From: an uncultured Gammaproteobacteria bacterium
GTDB lineage: Bacteria; Pseudomonadota; Gammaproteobacteria; CAWCPV01
Direction: 5' to 3'
DNA length: 64,000 nt
Assembly (NCBI GenBank): GCA_963797555.1
Contig: CAWCPV010000005.1
Location: 224,001 to 288,000, forward strand
The first letter of the stretch is position 1. Every line of letters starts with the position of its first letter. A program made the translations under genes and the position numbers. Under the pieces are notes generated by a model that saw only the letters and a program-made list of their open reading frames with translations, searched no databases and had not been told where the DNA came from. Shown here piece after piece: positions 21,470-39,715 of the stretch.

Positions 21470-22573
21470 GTGCAGGACCTCGCCTATTGGGTGGCCTTGC
21501 ACCGGACACCGGGGGTCGGCCCGCGCGCATTCGGGCGCCTCCTGGAGCGTTACCGGGTTCCACGGGCCGTTTTCGATGCGGGCGACGCGGAGCTGGCGCA
21601 GGCGGGTGTCGGTGACCGTTCGCTGGCCTACCTGCGTCATCCGGACTGGCGCGCCGTGGAGCGGGCCCTCGCCTGGTCGGAGGCACCTAACCAACACATC
21701 GTACATCTGCGGCACGCGTCCTATCCGGCGCTGCTCGCCGAGATAGTAGATCCGCCGCCGTTGCTCTACGTTCGGGGTGACGTGACTGTCCTGGCGAGGC
21801 CGCAGCTCGCGATGGTGGGGAGCCGGAATCCCTCCCCGTCTGGCGAGGAGAATGCGTACCGCTTTGCCAGGAGCCTGACGCAGGCCGGCCTAACGATTAC
21901 CAGTGGGCTGGCCGTAGGAATAGACGGTGCCAGTCATCGCGGAGCGTTGGCGGGGAACGGGGCCACCATCGCGGTTGCCGGTACCGGTGTGGATCGGGTG
22001 TATCCCGCGTGCCACGCCGACCTGGCGGAGCAGATCACCCGCCGGGGAGCGATCATCTCCGAGTTGCCGCTGGGGGCCGCACCGGCCGCGCGCAACTTCC
22101 CGCGGCGTAACCGCATCATCAGCGGACTTTGCCTCGGTGTGCTCGTGGTCGAAGCCGCGCGCCACAGCGGCTCTCTCATCACCGCACGCTTGGCGGCGGA
22201 ACAGGGGCGGGAGGTGTTCGCCATCCCCGGCTCTATCCACAACCCGCTGTCGCGCGGCTGCCATGCCTTGCTCCGCGAGGGCGCCAAGCTGGTTGAGACG
22301 GCTCAGGACATACTCGAGGAGCTGCCGGGTTTCCGCGAGAATGCGGTGCCCGAGGAGACCGCTCCCTCGGGGAACGACCGCGAAAGATTGCCGGTCGAAT
22401 GGCAAAGCCTGCTCGACCAGATGGGTTTCGACCCCGTTCCCGTGGACGAGTTGGTGGAGCGGTGCGGATTGACGGCGGAGACCGTTTCCTCCATGCTTTT
22501 GGTGCTTGAGTTACAGGGCCATGTGTCCTCCATGGCAGGTGGCCTGTACGCCCGCCGCGGCAAGAGGGCCTGA
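21470..22573 (+). CDS. dprA: DNA processing protein DprA
   Basis: VGSRN, SGLAVGID, FPRRNRIISG, SGSLITA, GREVFAIPGSI. Confidence 0.96.
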   Translation: MQDLAYWVALHRTPGVGPRAFGRLLERYRVPRAVFDAGDAELAQAGVGDRSLAYLRHPDWRAVERALAWSEAPNQHIVHLRHASYPALLAEIVDPPPLLYVRGDVTVLARPQLAMVGSRNPSPSGEENAYRFARSLTQAGLTITSGLAVGIDGASHRGALAGNGATIAVAGTGVDRVYPACHADLAEQITRRGAIISELPLGAAPAARNFPRRNRIISGLCLGVLVVEAARHSGSLITARLAAEQGREVFAIPGSIHNPLSRGCHALLREGAKLVETAQDILEELPGFRENAVPEETAPSGNDRERLPVEWQSLLDQMGFDPVPVDELVERCGLTAETVSSMLLVLELQGHVSSMAGGLYARRGKRA

Positions 22574-22574
22574 A

Positions 22575-23051
22575 ATGAAAGAGAATGTGATCGACGTGCT
22601 GATGTATCTGTTCGAGAATTACATGGACGACGAGACGGAGATGGACGGAAACCAAGAGGCCCTGAAGGCGGAGCTGGTGGCGGCGGGGTTCCCGGAGGCC
22701 GAGATCATCAAGGCCTTCTCGTGGCTCGAGGGTCTCGTGCAGGCTCAGGAGAACCGGTTGGAAACGTGTTCCGCGAGTCCCTCAATGCGGGTTTTTACGC
22801 GGCAGGAAGCTGCCCGACTGAACATCGAGTGTCGGGGATTCCTGGTGTTCCTGGAGCAAGTCGGGGTCCTCGACCAGGCGACCCGCGAGTTGGTTATCGA
22901 CCGGGTGATGGCACTGGAGGCCGAGGAGATCGATCTGGAGCAACTGAAATGGGTCATCCTTATGGTCTTGTTCAACCAGCCCGGGCAGGAAGCTGCGCTC
23001 GCATGGATGGAGGACTTGGTGTTCAATGAAGCGGCGCGCAACCTGCACTGA
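22575..23051 (+). CDS. smg: Smg (DUF494) protein
   Basis: DVLMYLFENY, ECRGFLVFLEQ, LKWVILMVLFNQPG. Confidence 0.93.
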   Translation: MKENVIDVLMYLFENYMDDETEMDGNQEALKAELVAAGFPEAEIIKAFSWLEGLVQAQENRLETCSASPSMRVFTRQEAARLNIECRGFLVFLEQVGVLDQATRELVIDRVMALEAEEIDLEQLKWVILMVLFNQPGQEAALAWMEDLVFNEAARNLH

Positions 23052-23105
23052 TCGTGCTGCGCTGTTGATGTACGCCCTTCTCAGACGGGCTTGACGGTAA
23101 CCAAG

Positions 23106-25404
23106 ATGAGCAGGCAGTTGGTGGTTGTCGAGTCGCCGGCCAAGGCGCGCACCTTGAAGAAATATCTGGGGCATGACTATCAGGTCCTGGCCTCCTACGG
23201 ACACGTACGCGACCTTCTCCCAAAAGAGGGCGCGGTGGTTCCCGAGAACGACTTCAGGATGACGTACGAGCTCGATCGACAAGAACGCCAAGCATGTGGA
23301 CGCCATCGCCAAAGCGATGAAGGGCGCCGACGTGCTCTACCTTGCAACCGACCCGGACCGCGAGGGCGAAGCCATTTCATGGCACCTGCGCGAGGTCCTT
23401 GCTGAACGTCGGGTGCTGAAACAGAAGGATGTTTATCGCGTGGTGTTTCACGAGGTCACTCGCCGGGCTATCGAAGAGGCGGTCAAGCACCCGCGCAGCC
23501 TGTCCATGGATCTCGTGAATGCACAACAGGCGCGGCGAGCCCTGGACTACCTAGTGGGGTTCAATCTGTCGCCGTTGCTGTGGAAGAAAATCCGTCGGGG
23601 CCTGTCCGCGGGCCGGGTGCAGAGTCCGGCGCTACGCATGATCGTGGAGCGGGAGGAGGAGATCGAGGCCTTCGTCCCTCAGGAGTATTGGACCATAGAG
23701 GCGGAGGTCGCCAAGCAGGGGCAGCCGTTCGGCGCGCGGCTGATCCAGTATCGTGGCTCCAAGGTCGAGCAGTTCAGCATCGGTCGTAGCGACCAGGCCG
23801 AGGCCGCCATTGCGGAGCTCCGCTCGGTGGCTGACGGCAAGCTGCGCGTCGAGAAGGTGGAGCGGAAGCAGCGACGCCGTCAACCGCCTCCGCCCTTCAC
23901 CACTTCTACGTTGCAGCAGGAAGCCGCGCGCAAGCTCGGTTTCTCGGCTCAACGCACCATGCGCGTCGCCCAGCAGCTCTATGAGGGCGTGGACCTGGGC
24001 GGTGACCGGGTGGGCCTCATCACCTACATGCGGACGGACTCGGTGCATCTCGCTCAGGAAGCGATCGCCGAGATCCGAGGCTACGTCGCGGAACGCTATG
24101 GTCAGGGCAGCCTGCCGGAGCGGCCCCGAGCCTACAAGACGAAGTCGAAGAATGCTCAAGAGGCCCACGAGGCGATTCGCCCGACCTCTGCGTACCGCGA
24201 ACCCCAAACCGTCAGGACACAAGCGACCGCCGACCAGTTCAAGCTGTACGACCTGGTCTGGCGGCGTGCCGTCGCATGCCAGATGCTGCATGCCACCGTC
24301 GATACCGTCGGAGTCGACCTCGCATGCGGCTCGCCGGAGCACCTGTTCCGGGCCACTGGTTCCACGGTGGCCGATCCCGGCTACATAGCCGTTTACCAGG
24401 AAGGCCGAGACGACGCCAAGAACGACGAAGACAACGTGCCCCTGCCACTCCTCGCGCTCGGGGAGTCCGTGGACTTGCTGGACATCGCCGGGCACCAGCA
24501 CTTCACGGAGCCCCCGCCGCGCTATAGCGAGGCGACGCTGATCAAGACGCTCGAGGAATACGGTATCGGGCGGCCTTCCACCTATGCGGCCATCATATCC
24601 ACCCTGCTGCAGCGCGAGTATGCGGTGTTGGAAAAGCGTCGGTTCCGGCCGACGGACGTCGGACGGATCGTCAATCGCTTTCTTACCCAGCACTTCGCTC
24701 CGTACGTAGACTACGAGTTCACCGCGCGCTTGGAGGACGAGTTGGATGCGGTGTCGCGCGGCGAGAAACAGTGGGTCCCACTACTGCACGAGTTCTGGCA
24801 CCCGTTCAAGCAACTCGTGGATGCGAAGGAGGAAACGGTGAGTCGCAGGGACGTTACCCACGAGGCCCTCGATGAACCCTGCCCCAAGTGCGGTAGCCCG
24901 CTCTCCATTCGCCTCGGACGCCACGGTCGCTTCGTGGGCTGCACGGCCTACCCCGGGTGCGACTACACGCGCAACCTCGAGGACGAGAAGGCGCGAGCCG
25001 AGCCGGAGGTCGTGCAGGGGCGGGTATGTCCGCAATGCGGTGGCGAACTTTACGTCAAGCTGGGGCGCTACGGTCAATTCGTCGGATGCAGCAACTATCC
25101 GCGGTGCAAACACATCGAGCCCTTGGAGAGGCCGTCGGACACCGGAGTGCCGTGTCCTGAATGTCACGCGGGCACACTCCTCAAACGCCGGTCCAGGCGC
25201 GGCAAGGTCTTTTACTCTTGCTCCCGCTATCCCGCATGTGCCTATGCTGTTTGGAACGAGCCGGTCGCCCGGCCGTGCCCCAGATGTGCCTGGCCGATCT
25301 TGACCGTCAAGACGACCAAGCGTCGCGGCACCGAGCTCGCCTGCCCGCGGAAGCAGTGCGGCTACGTTCAGCCCTCGGACTTGCGAGTCGCTGCGGCCTC
25401 CTGA
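23106..25404 (+). CDS. topA: DNA topoisomerase I with C-terminal C4 zinc ribbons (one apparent 1-bp insertion near 23274)
   Basis: VVESPAKA, ATDPDREGE, SAGRVQS, ITYMRTDS, GIGRPSTYA. Confidence 0.96.
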
Positions 25405-25523
25405 GGATCGGCGGGGCGGGCCGGTCCCGCCGTGCGGTACCCCCCGTATACGCGAATGGTGTGCGGAGCCATCTGCTCAATATGCTCTATGCCTGCCGAG
25501 CGGCGCCGCTGCTATAGCCGACC

Positions 25524-27019
<1,496 letters not shown>

Positions 27020-27074
27020 GCGAGCGGGGCGAGCCTCCGCCTCGAGATCCTGGGAGCAGGTGCGGAGATCGGGT

Positions 27075-27482
27075 GTGGCCGCGAGTGTGGGAGAGGACCG
27101 TGTCCGACTCGACAAGTGGCTTTGGGCGGCGCGTTTCTATAAGACACGGGAGCTGTCGGCGGAGGCCATTAGCGGCGGTAAGGTCCATTACAAGGGGCAG
27201 CGCGTGAAGCCGGGGCGTCTCGTGGAGGTGGGCGCCGAGGTCGCCATCCGCCAGGGGCCTGTGGAACGGGTCGTGGTCGTGCGTGGGTTGGCCCGGCAGC
27301 GGCGTCCCGCGTCAGAAGCGAGGTGTCTGTACGAGGAGACGCAGGAGAGTCGTTGCCGATGCGAGGCGCTGGCGCAGGCCTTGAAGGAGCGGCCGGCGGC
27401 TCCGGCCGCCGTGAAGGGGCGACCCACCAAGCGAGCCCGGCGGCGGCTTGAGCGCCTGTTTGACAAGGGATTCGGCGGCTGA
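27075..27482 (+). CDS. hslR: S4-domain ribosome-associated heat shock protein Hsp15
   Basis: RLDKWLWAARFYKTR, LYEET, GRPTKR. Confidence 0.9.
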   Translation: MAASVGEDRVRLDKWLWAARFYKTRELSAEAISGGKVHYKGQRVKPGRLVEVGAEVAIRQGPVERVVVVRGLARQRRPASEARCLYEETQESRCRCEALAQALKERPAAPAAVKGRPTKRARRRLERLFDKGFGG

Positions 27483-27830
27483 GCATCCTCGTTGCCGTTT
27501 GCTGGGTGACGGACAAAGCGTGGTATCATGCGCAACTTCCTGGCTGCGTCCTTGCGCTTAGAAAACTCCGTCGGGACATACCGCTTGTCGCCTGCTGCTT
27601 GCGGCCCTGGCGCGTTGACGCGGCTACAGCAGTACTTGGGGGTGAACGGTCGCCCCGTTATGCAGGGGCCCCCACGAAGCATCGTGGTCGGGTCTGCCAG
27701 ACCACTTCGCCCCATTATTCGGAGGACCACTTCACGCTGCCCAAGACGGCACTTGCCGGGCCGAGCGAGGGTTTCCCATTGGGCATCGGAACTTGGGGTG
27801 AGTTGAGGCAACTTCGAGGGACGGAGCAGT

Positions 27831-28364
27831 ATGAAGCTTCCTATACAGATCACAGCGCGCAATGTCTCCCTTTCAGATGCAGCCAAGGGCCTGATCCGGG
27901 ACAAGGCGGAGAAGCTGGATTCCTTTTACAGCCACGTCATGGGGTGCCGTGTAGTGGTGGAGGCTCCGCACCGACACCAGAACAAGGGCATCCTGTATAA
28001 CGTGCGCGTGGACATGACCGTTCCGGGCGGCGAGCTCGTGGTCAAGCGCGAGCCCCATGAGGATCTCTACGTGGCTATTCGCGACGCATTCGATGCTGCG
28101 CGGCGCCAGCTCCTAGAGTTTGCACGGCGCCAACGCCGCGAGGTCAAGCTCCACGAGGCAGCGCCGGAAGCGCGCGTCAGCAAGCTGTTCCCCGAGGAGG
28201 GGTACGGTTTTCTGGAGACGACGGACGGGCGAGAGATCTATTTCCATCGCAACAGCGTCGTCAACGGTGAGTTTCAGAGCTTGCACGTTGGAACAGCGGT
28301 GCGCTTCGTCGAAGAGCAAGGTGTGGAGGGCCCGCAGGCAAGCGCCGTGAACATCGTCGCCTGA
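27831..28364 (+). CDS. HPF/RaiA-family protein fused to a cold-shock domain
   Basis: [23 protein letters not shown] followed by [19 protein letters not shown]. Confidence 0.88.
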   Translation: MKLPIQITARNVSLSDAAKGLIRDKAEKLDSFYSHVMGCRVVVEAPHRHQNKGILYNVRVDMTVPGGELVVKREPHEDLYVAIRDAFDAARRQLLEFARRQRREVKLHEAAPEARVSKLFPEEGYGFLETTDGREIYFHRNSVVNGEFQSLHVGTAVRFVEEQGVEGPQASAVNIVA

Positions 28365-28424
28365 ACCATGCGCCATGTCCTTGGCCGGGGCGTTGTTGTG
28401 CCTCCAGACTGAAAGTATGCAGCG

Positions 28425-30318
28425 ATGTGGTATCAGGACGCGTTCGAACGTCATCGTGGTGGGTGGCGGCCATGCCGGGACCGAGGCCGCCCTCGCGGCC
28501 GCACGCATGGGCGTCCGCACCCTGCTGCTGACGCACAATTTCGAGACCTTGGGCCAGATGAGCTGTAATCCCGCCATCGGCGGGATTGGCAAGGGCCACT
28601 TGGTCAAGGAGATAGATGCTCTCGGTGGCTTGATGGGGCAGGCCGCCGACCGAGCCGGGATCCACTTCCGTGTACTGAACGCCAGCAAGGGACCAGCGGT
28701 GCGCGCAACCCGCGCACAGGCCGACCGCCAACGGTACAAGGCCGCTGTGCGGGACGCTCTGGAGCGGCAGCCCCGGCTATCGTTGTTTCAGCAGGCTGTG
28801 GATGATCTTGTGGTGGAGAACGGCCGAGTGAGGGGTGTCGTGACCCAGATCGGGCTGTGCTTCCAGGCGCCCTGTGTGGTCCTCACAGTGGGGACGTTCT
28901 TGGGTGGCCGACTACATGTAGGCCTCAATCACCATCCGGGTGGGCGTGCGGGCGACCCGGCCTCGAACATGCTGGCAAAGCGGCTGAGGGACTTGCCTTT
29001 CCGGGCGGGTCGCCTGAAGACGGGGACGCCGCCGAGGCTGGACGGGCGCGCCATCGATTACTCCAGCGTGGCCATGCAGCCGGCTGACGCACCCGCTCCG
29101 GTTTTCTCGTTCCTGGGGCGTACTGAGGACCATCCCCGGCAGGTCCCTTGCCACATCACCCGCACAACCTCCCGCACCCACGACATCATCCGCCGTGCCC
29201 TGGACCGATCACCCCTGTACACCGGTGCTATCGAGGGCGTGGGTCCCCGCTACTGTCCGTCTATCGAGGACAAGGTAGTGCGCTTCTCGGAGAAGGGCTC
29301 ACACCAAGTTTTTCTCGAGCCCGAAGGTCTGCACACCACGGAGGTGTATCCGAACGGCATTTCCACAAGTCTGCCGTTCGATGTGCAACAGGCGGCCGTG
29401 CACTCCATCCCGGGTCTCGAACGCACCCCCATCACGCGGCCGGGTTACGCTATCGAGTATGATTACTTCGATCCTCGGGACCTGCACCCGTGGCTCGAGA
29501 CGAAGTACGTTTCGGGTCTATTCTTCGCAGGACAGATCAACGGCACCACCGGTTACGAGGAGGCTGCCGCGCAGGGCCTGATGGGCGGGGCGAATGCCGC
29601 GCTTCGCGTCCAGGAGCGGGAACCGTGGTGGCTGCGTCGCGATGAGGCTTATATCGGGGTCCTCATCGACGACCTGGTGACCCAGGGTACGACCGAACCT
29701 TACCGGATGTTTACCAGCCGAGCCGAATATCGGCTTCTGCTACGGGAGGACAATGCCGACCTCCGGGTCACCCCGTTGGGGCGACGCCTTGGTCTCGTTG
29801 ATGACGAGCGCTGGCGGGTGCTCGAACGCAAGCAGGAGGCGGTCGAGCGTGAGCAGCGGCGTCTGCGGGATATTTGCATACGGCCCGATACCGACGCCGC
29901 ACGGGCAGTGGCGACCACGCTCGGTGTGCCGGTCGCTCGCGAGACGACGCTATTCGAGCTGTTGCGCCGACCGGGAGTCGGGTACCGTTCGTTGCTATCC
30001 GCCGCCTCGGCCGAGTCGGCCGCCTGCGAGCCAGAGGTGGCGCAGCAGGTGGAGATTCAGGCCAAATACACCGGTTACATCGAGAGGCAACACGCCGAGG
30101 TCCGGCGCCAGCGGCGTAACGACGAGACTCCGTTACCCGTGGACTTCGATTACCAGGCTGTCCGCGGACTGTCGACGGAAGCGCGTGAGAAGCTGGCCGC
30201 GATCCGGCCGGTCACGGTGGGACAGGCGGCGCGCATCCCCGGCGTCACCCCCGCCGCGGTCTCACTGTTGCTCGTGCACTTGAGAAAGCATTCCCATGGC
30301 TGGCGACAATCGGCATGA
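28425..30318 (+). CDS. mnmG: tRNA uridine-5-carboxymethylaminomethyl modification enzyme (apparent 1-bp insertion near 28448)
   Basis: [50 protein letters not shown] 28425 (MWYQDAF) is out of frame by one base. Confidence 0.96.
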
Positions 30319-30964
30319 GCGCCAGGGCCTGCAGCGACAACTCGGCGATGGGCTCGCCGACCTGGGAGTCGTCCTGGATCGCGAGACCCAGGATCGACTT
30401 CTGGCATTCCTGGAACTCCTGCGGCGGTGGAGTAGAGTCTATAATCTGACCGCAGTGACCAACCCCCGCGAGATGCTCGTCCGGCATGTGTTGGACAGCC
30501 TCTCCATCGCGGCTGACCTGCAGGGACCGCGCATCCTGGACGTCGGCACGGGCGCGGGTCTGCCGGGAATTCCCTTGTCGCTGGCATGTCCGGAGTCGGA
30601 GTTTATTCTTCTGGACAGCAGCGGGAAGAAGGTGAGGTTCGTGACGCAAGCGGTGGCGGAGCTCTGCCTGCGCAACGTTGCCGTGGCGCATGCACGTGTG
30701 GAGGAATACCGCGTACCCCCCGTGGACACCATAGTTGTGCGCGCCTTTTCGAGCCTGTCCGAGCTGCTGCCCCGCGTCGCACACTTGACCCACCGGCGCA
30801 CCCAGTTGCTGGCGATGAAAGGCCGTTTTCCGGACGAGGAACTGGCCGCATTGCCCTGCGGGTTCGTGGTCGACGGAGTCCGCCGGGTCCGTGTGCCTGG
30901 CCTCCTCGCGCAAAGACACGTGGTGCGCTTGAGCGCGGGGCGGGATCGGGCGACCGGCCCATGA
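30296..30964 (+). CDS. rsmG: 16S rRNA m7G527 methyltransferase
   Basis: [28 protein letters not shown]. Confidence 0.95.
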   Translation: MAGDNRHERQGLQRQLGDGLADLGVVLDRETQDRLLAFLELLRRWSRVYNLTAVTNPREMLVRHVLDSLSIAADLQGPRILDVGTGAGLPGIPLSLACPESEFILLDSSGKKVRFVTQAVAELCLRNVAVAHARVEEYRVPPVDTIVVRAFSSLSELLPRVAHLTHRRTQLLAMKGRFPDEELAALPCGFVVDGVRRVRVPGLLAQRHVVRLSAGRDRATGP

Positions 30965-31788
30965 CGCGCACCATCGCCATCGCCAATCAGAAGGGTGGCG
31001 TAGGGAAGACCACCACCGGCATCAATCTCGCGGCCTCCATTGCCGCGTTCCACCGCCGCGTGCTGCTGGTCGACTTGGACCCCCAGGGGAACGCGACCAT
31101 GGGCAGTGGCGTGGACAAACACCGCCTGCAGCACAGCAGCTACGACGTGCTGATCAAGGGGCTGCCGGTCGCCGAGGCCACCGTGACAGCCTTACATGCT
31201 GGTTATTGTCTGGTACCGGCAAACGGCGACCTGATCGCCGCAGACGTGGAACTGCTCCAACTGGACCAGGGGGAACACCGCCTGCGGCTGGCTCTTGAGC
31301 GCGTGAGCGGGGACTATGACTTCGTCCTTGTGGACTGCCCGCCGGCGCTCAATATGTTGACCGTCAATGCGCTGGTGGCGGCGCGCGGGGTAATCATCCC
31401 CGTCCAGTGCGAATACTATGCTCTGGAAGGCTTGACCTCACTGCTGGACAGCGTCGAGACTGTGCGTGCGACGCTGAACCCTCAGCTCGAAGTGCAGGGG
31501 CTGCTGCGTACCATGTATGACGTTCGGAATAGCCTGGCGGATCAGGTCTCGGCGCAACTGTTGGAGCACTTCGAGAGCAAGGTCTACCGCACCTTGATAC
31601 CGCGCAACGTGCGCTTGGCCGAGGCCCCCAGCCATGGCATGCCGGTTCTGCTGTACGATCGAACCTCGCGCGGCGCGCAGGCGTATCTCGCCCTGGCTGG
31701 GGAGCTTTTGCACCAGGATACACGGGCCCGCGTGGCAGGGTTGTTGAACAACGTGAGCCACGGACCGGCCGCGGTGGCTGGGAGCTGA
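30961..31788 (+). CDS. parA: Chromosome partitioning ATPase
   Basis: NQKGGVGKTTT, DLDPQGNAT, DCPP, QCEYYALEG, RLAEAPSHG. Confidence 0.96.
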   Translation: MTRTIAIANQKGGVGKTTTGINLAASIAAFHRRVLLVDLDPQGNATMGSGVDKHRLQHSSYDVLIKGLPVAEATVTALHAGYCLVPANGDLIAADVELLQLDQGEHRLRLALERVSGDYDFVLVDCPPALNMLTVNALVAARGVIIPVQCEYYALEGLTSLLDSVETVRATLNPQLEVQGLLRTMYDVRNSLADQVSAQLLEHFESKVYRTLIPRNVRLAEAPSHGMPVLLYDRTSRGAQAYLALAGELLHQDTRARVAGLLNNVSHGPAAVAGS

Positions 31789-31799
31789 GGCGCCACGCC

Positions 31800-32665
31800 A
31801 TGGCGGTCAGGAAGCATGGGCTCGGCCGAGGACTGGATGCTCTGTTGGGGGCCGCGGCGCGGGCTCAGGCCCCGGAAGCCTCCGCCGGGGAGGTACACGC
31901 GCTGCCGGTGCACAAGATTCGGCGCGGGCGCTTTCAACCGCGGGTCGACATCTCGGCACAGAGCCTCCAAGAGCTGGCCGACTCGATACGTGCTCAAGGT
32001 GTGGTCCAGCCGGTGGTGGTGCGAAGTTTGCCCGACGGGGACGGATTCGAGCTGATTGCCGGGGAGCGTCGCTGGCGTGCCGCACAGCTCGCGGGACTGC
32101 AGGAGATTCCGGCAGTGCTCCGGGAGGTTCCGGACCAAGCCGCGCTCGCCATCGGCCTCATCGAGAACATCCAGCGCGAGGACTTAAGCCCGCTAGAGGA
32201 GGCCAACGCCTTGCAGCGCCTTGCCGAGGAATTCGGGCTCACCCACCAAGAGGTGGCAGAGGCCGTGGGACGCTCGCGGGCGGCGGTGACCAACCTGCTC
32301 CGACTTTTGGATTTCCTGCCGAGGTGAAGCAGTTGCTCCAGGAGCGCCGGATTGAGATGGGCCACGCCCGGGCCCTGCTGGGACTGGCAGACCACGCTCA
32401 GCAGATTGAGGCGGCGCGCCGGGCAATCGCCAAGGGGCTGTCCGTCAGGGAGACCGAGGCGTTGGTCAGGCACCTTCAGGACGGAGAACGCCCGGCGCAC
32501 CGCGACAGGCGCCTGGACCCGGACGTCCTCAGGTTGCAGGAAGACCTATCGCAGCGGCTGGGGGCGGCCGTCGTTCTCCAGCAGAGTCCCAAAGGGAAGG
32601 GAAAGCTCGTCATCCACTACAACAGCCTGGAAGAGCTGGACGGCATCCTGCTGCGCATTCACTGA
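31800..32665 (+). CDS. parB: Chromosome partitioning protein (apparent frameshift near 32312)
   Basis: LGRGLDALL, IAGERRWRA, IENIQREDL; GHARALL and the C-terminal GKGKLVIHY are in another frame. Confidence 0.95.
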
Positions 32666-32706
32666 GTCCTTCCAAAGACCTTACGCCGCGGCGCGTGCAA
32701 GCCGCG

Positions 32707-32735
32707 TTGACCCTGGCATGGGGAGTCTTTATACT
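32707..32735 (+). promoter_or_regulatory. Sigma-70-type promoter candidate for the atp operon
   Basis: TTGACC-N17-TATACT about 95 bp upstream of atpI. Confidence 0.6.
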
Positions 32736-32805
32736 GCCTCAGCCGCACGGGCCGAGGCGGCAACGTCCGTTTGCGTCCTAGAGATCGTCTCCTGCCTTGA
32801 CATAG

Positions 32806-33984
<1,179 letters not shown>

Positions 33985-34043
33985 ATGGGCTCACCATGTA
34001 TCGGACACTTCCCACCTTGCCATTCTATCCTAGGAGAGAACCC

Positions 34044-34343
34044 ATGACTGAAGCCGCAACTACGATGACTCTCGTGACCACGATTTACGCTTACACCAGC
34101 CTGGGTGTCGGAGTCATGCTGGCCGCGGCCGGCCTGGGGTCGGCCCTCGGATGGGGCCTCATTTGCGCCAAGTACATGGAAGGCGTGGCCCGTCAGCCCG
34201 AGATGATGCCTACCCTGCGCATCCAGATGTTTATCACTGCCGGGCTGATGGAATCGTTCCCGTTTATCGTGCTCGCCTTCGCGATGTGGTTCGTGTTCGC
34301 CAATCCCTTTATCGGGGGTGCCAAGGCGGCCATCGCCGGTTGA
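34044..34343 (+). CDS. atpE: ATP synthase subunit c
   Basis: GLGSALGWG, ARQPE loop, AGLMESFP; AGGAG RBS. Confidence 0.95.
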   Translation: MTEAATTMTLVTTIYAYTSLGVGVMLAAAGLGSALGWGLICAKYMEGVARQPEMMPTLRIQMFITAGLMESFPFIVLAFAMWFVFANPFIGGAKAAIAG

Positions 34344-34373
34344 CCAGGCGAGGGGATCTCAAGGAGTCCGGAC

Positions 34374-34844
34374 GTGAACATTACCGTCAGCTTGTTTGGA
34401 CAGATGATCACCTTCGCGATCCTGGTGTGGTTCGTCTGGCGATTTCTATGGGGCCCGCTGACCCAGATGATGGCCGACCGCACGCGCCGCATCGCCGACG
34501 GTCTGGCTTCGGCCGAGCGAGGCCGATACGAGCTGGAGCGCGCCGAGGCCCACTCCCAGGAGCTTCTGCGGAAGACCAAGGAAGAGGCGGCCGAGATCAT
34601 GGCACAGGCTCAGCGGCGCGCCGCGGAAGTGGTCGAGGAGGCCAAAGTCCAGGCCCGCACTGAAGGCGATCGCATGTTGGAAGCGGCCCGCTCTGAGATC
34701 GAGACGGAGGTGAACCGGGCCAGGGAGCAGCTCAGGAGCGAGGTGGTCGCGATTGCAGTGGCTGGCGCCGCCAAGGTCCTCGGTCGAGAGATCGACGAGA
34801 ACGCGCACAACGATCTGCTCACCGCGCTCGTCGCCCAGATCTAA
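34374..34844 (+). CDS. atpF: ATP synthase subunit b
   Basis: GQMITFAILVWF..WGPL, IADGL, coiled coil. Confidence 0.96.
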   Translation: MNITVSLFGQMITFAILVWFVWRFLWGPLTQMMADRTRRIADGLASAERGRYELERAEAHSQELLRKTKEEAAEIMAQAQRRAAEVVEEAKVQARTEGDRMLEAARSEIETEVNRAREQLRSEVVAIAVAGAAKVLGREIDENAHNDLLTALVAQI

Positions 34845-34855
34845 GCTCCTGGCCC

Positions 34856-35392
34856 ATGACCGAGCAGACCACGATCGCCCGCCCGTACGCGAAGGCGGCC
34901 TTCGAGCTGGCCGAGCAGGAAGCAGATCTCGCCGGCTGGTCCGAGATCCTGGCGGCCCTGGCGGCGGCGGTTACCCACCCCGATGTGGCTCCCCTCGTCG
35001 GGAATCCGCGTGTCGACCAAGGGCAGGTGGTCGACCTGCTCTTGGCCATGGGCGGTGAGCGATTCAACAAGGATGCGCAGAGCATGTTGCGCCTGATGGC
35101 GGACAGCGGGCGACTGCAACTGCTGCCCCGCGTCGCCGCGCTGTTCGACGCGCTGCGCGCCGAGGCGGAGGGAAGGATGGAGGCCTACGTGGTCTCCGCC
35201 CGACCGTTGACCCAGGCTCAGAAACGCAAGATCTCGGAAGCTTTGAAGATGCGCTTCCAACGCGAGGTCAAGCTGCGGTGCAAGACCGAGCGTGCCTTGA
35301 TCGGAGGCGCAGTGATCCATGCGGGGGACCTGGTCATCGACGGCTCGGTCCAGGGGCAGTTGGCGCGCCTCGCGGCCGCACTTACCCGCTAA
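34856..35392 (+). CDS. atpH: ATP synthase subunit delta
   Basis: [26 protein letters not shown]. Confidence 0.96.
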   Translation: MTEQTTIARPYAKAAFELAEQEADLAGWSEILAALAAAVTHPDVAPLVGNPRVDQGQVVDLLLAMGGERFNKDAQSMLRLMADSGRLQLLPRVAALFDALRAEAEGRMEAYVVSARPLTQAQKRKISEALKMRFQREVKLRCKTERALIGGAVIHAGDLVIDGSVQGQLARLAAALTR

Positions 35393-35403
35393 GAGGGAGA
35401 CAC

Positions 35404-36951
<1,548 letters not shown>

Positions 36952-36963
36952 GAGCACCGGCGC

Positions 36964-39259
<2,296 letters not shown>

Positions 39260-39289
39260 CAGTCCACGGCTTGCCGGGAGCGGAGAACA

Positions 39290-39715
39290 ATGGCGGATAC
39301 CTTGCACGTGGACGTGGTGAGCGCCGAGCAGGCCATCTTCTCGGGGCCCGCCCGCATGGTGGTGGCGCCAGCGGTTATGGGCGATGTGGGTATCCTGCCG
39401 CGTCACACGCCTTTGCTGGCCCACCTGCGTCCTGGAACGGTGCGGGTCATTACGCCGGAAGGCGAAGAGGAGCCCTACTACATCTCGGGCGGGCTTCTGG
39501 AGGTGCAGCCGCACCACGTGACCATCCTGGCGGACACGGCGCTGCGCGCCAGCGACATCGACGAGGCGGCGGCGCTGGAGGCGAAGCAGCGGGCCGAGGC
39601 GTCGCTCCGGGAGCGGGCGACGGAGCAGGATTTGGCGCGGGTGCAGCAGGAGCTGATGCGCGCCGCAGCCCAACTGCAGACCCTGCAGACCCTGCGCAAG
39701 CATCTGAAGCGCTGA
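39290..39715 (+). CDS. atpC: ATP synthase subunit epsilon
   Basis: VDVVSAE, GILPRHTP, SGGLLEVQP. Confidence 0.96.
   Translation: MADTLHVDVVSAEQAIFSGPARMVVAPAVMGDVGILPRHTPLLAHLRPGTVRVITPEGEEEPYYISGGLLEVQPHHVTILADTALRASDIDEAAALEAKQRAEASLRERATEQDLARVQQELMRAAAQLQTLQTLRKHLKR

Noticed and set aside
27483-28424. oriC upstream of mnmG
   Set aside because: No cluster of TTATCCACA DnaA boxes or AT-rich unwinding element.
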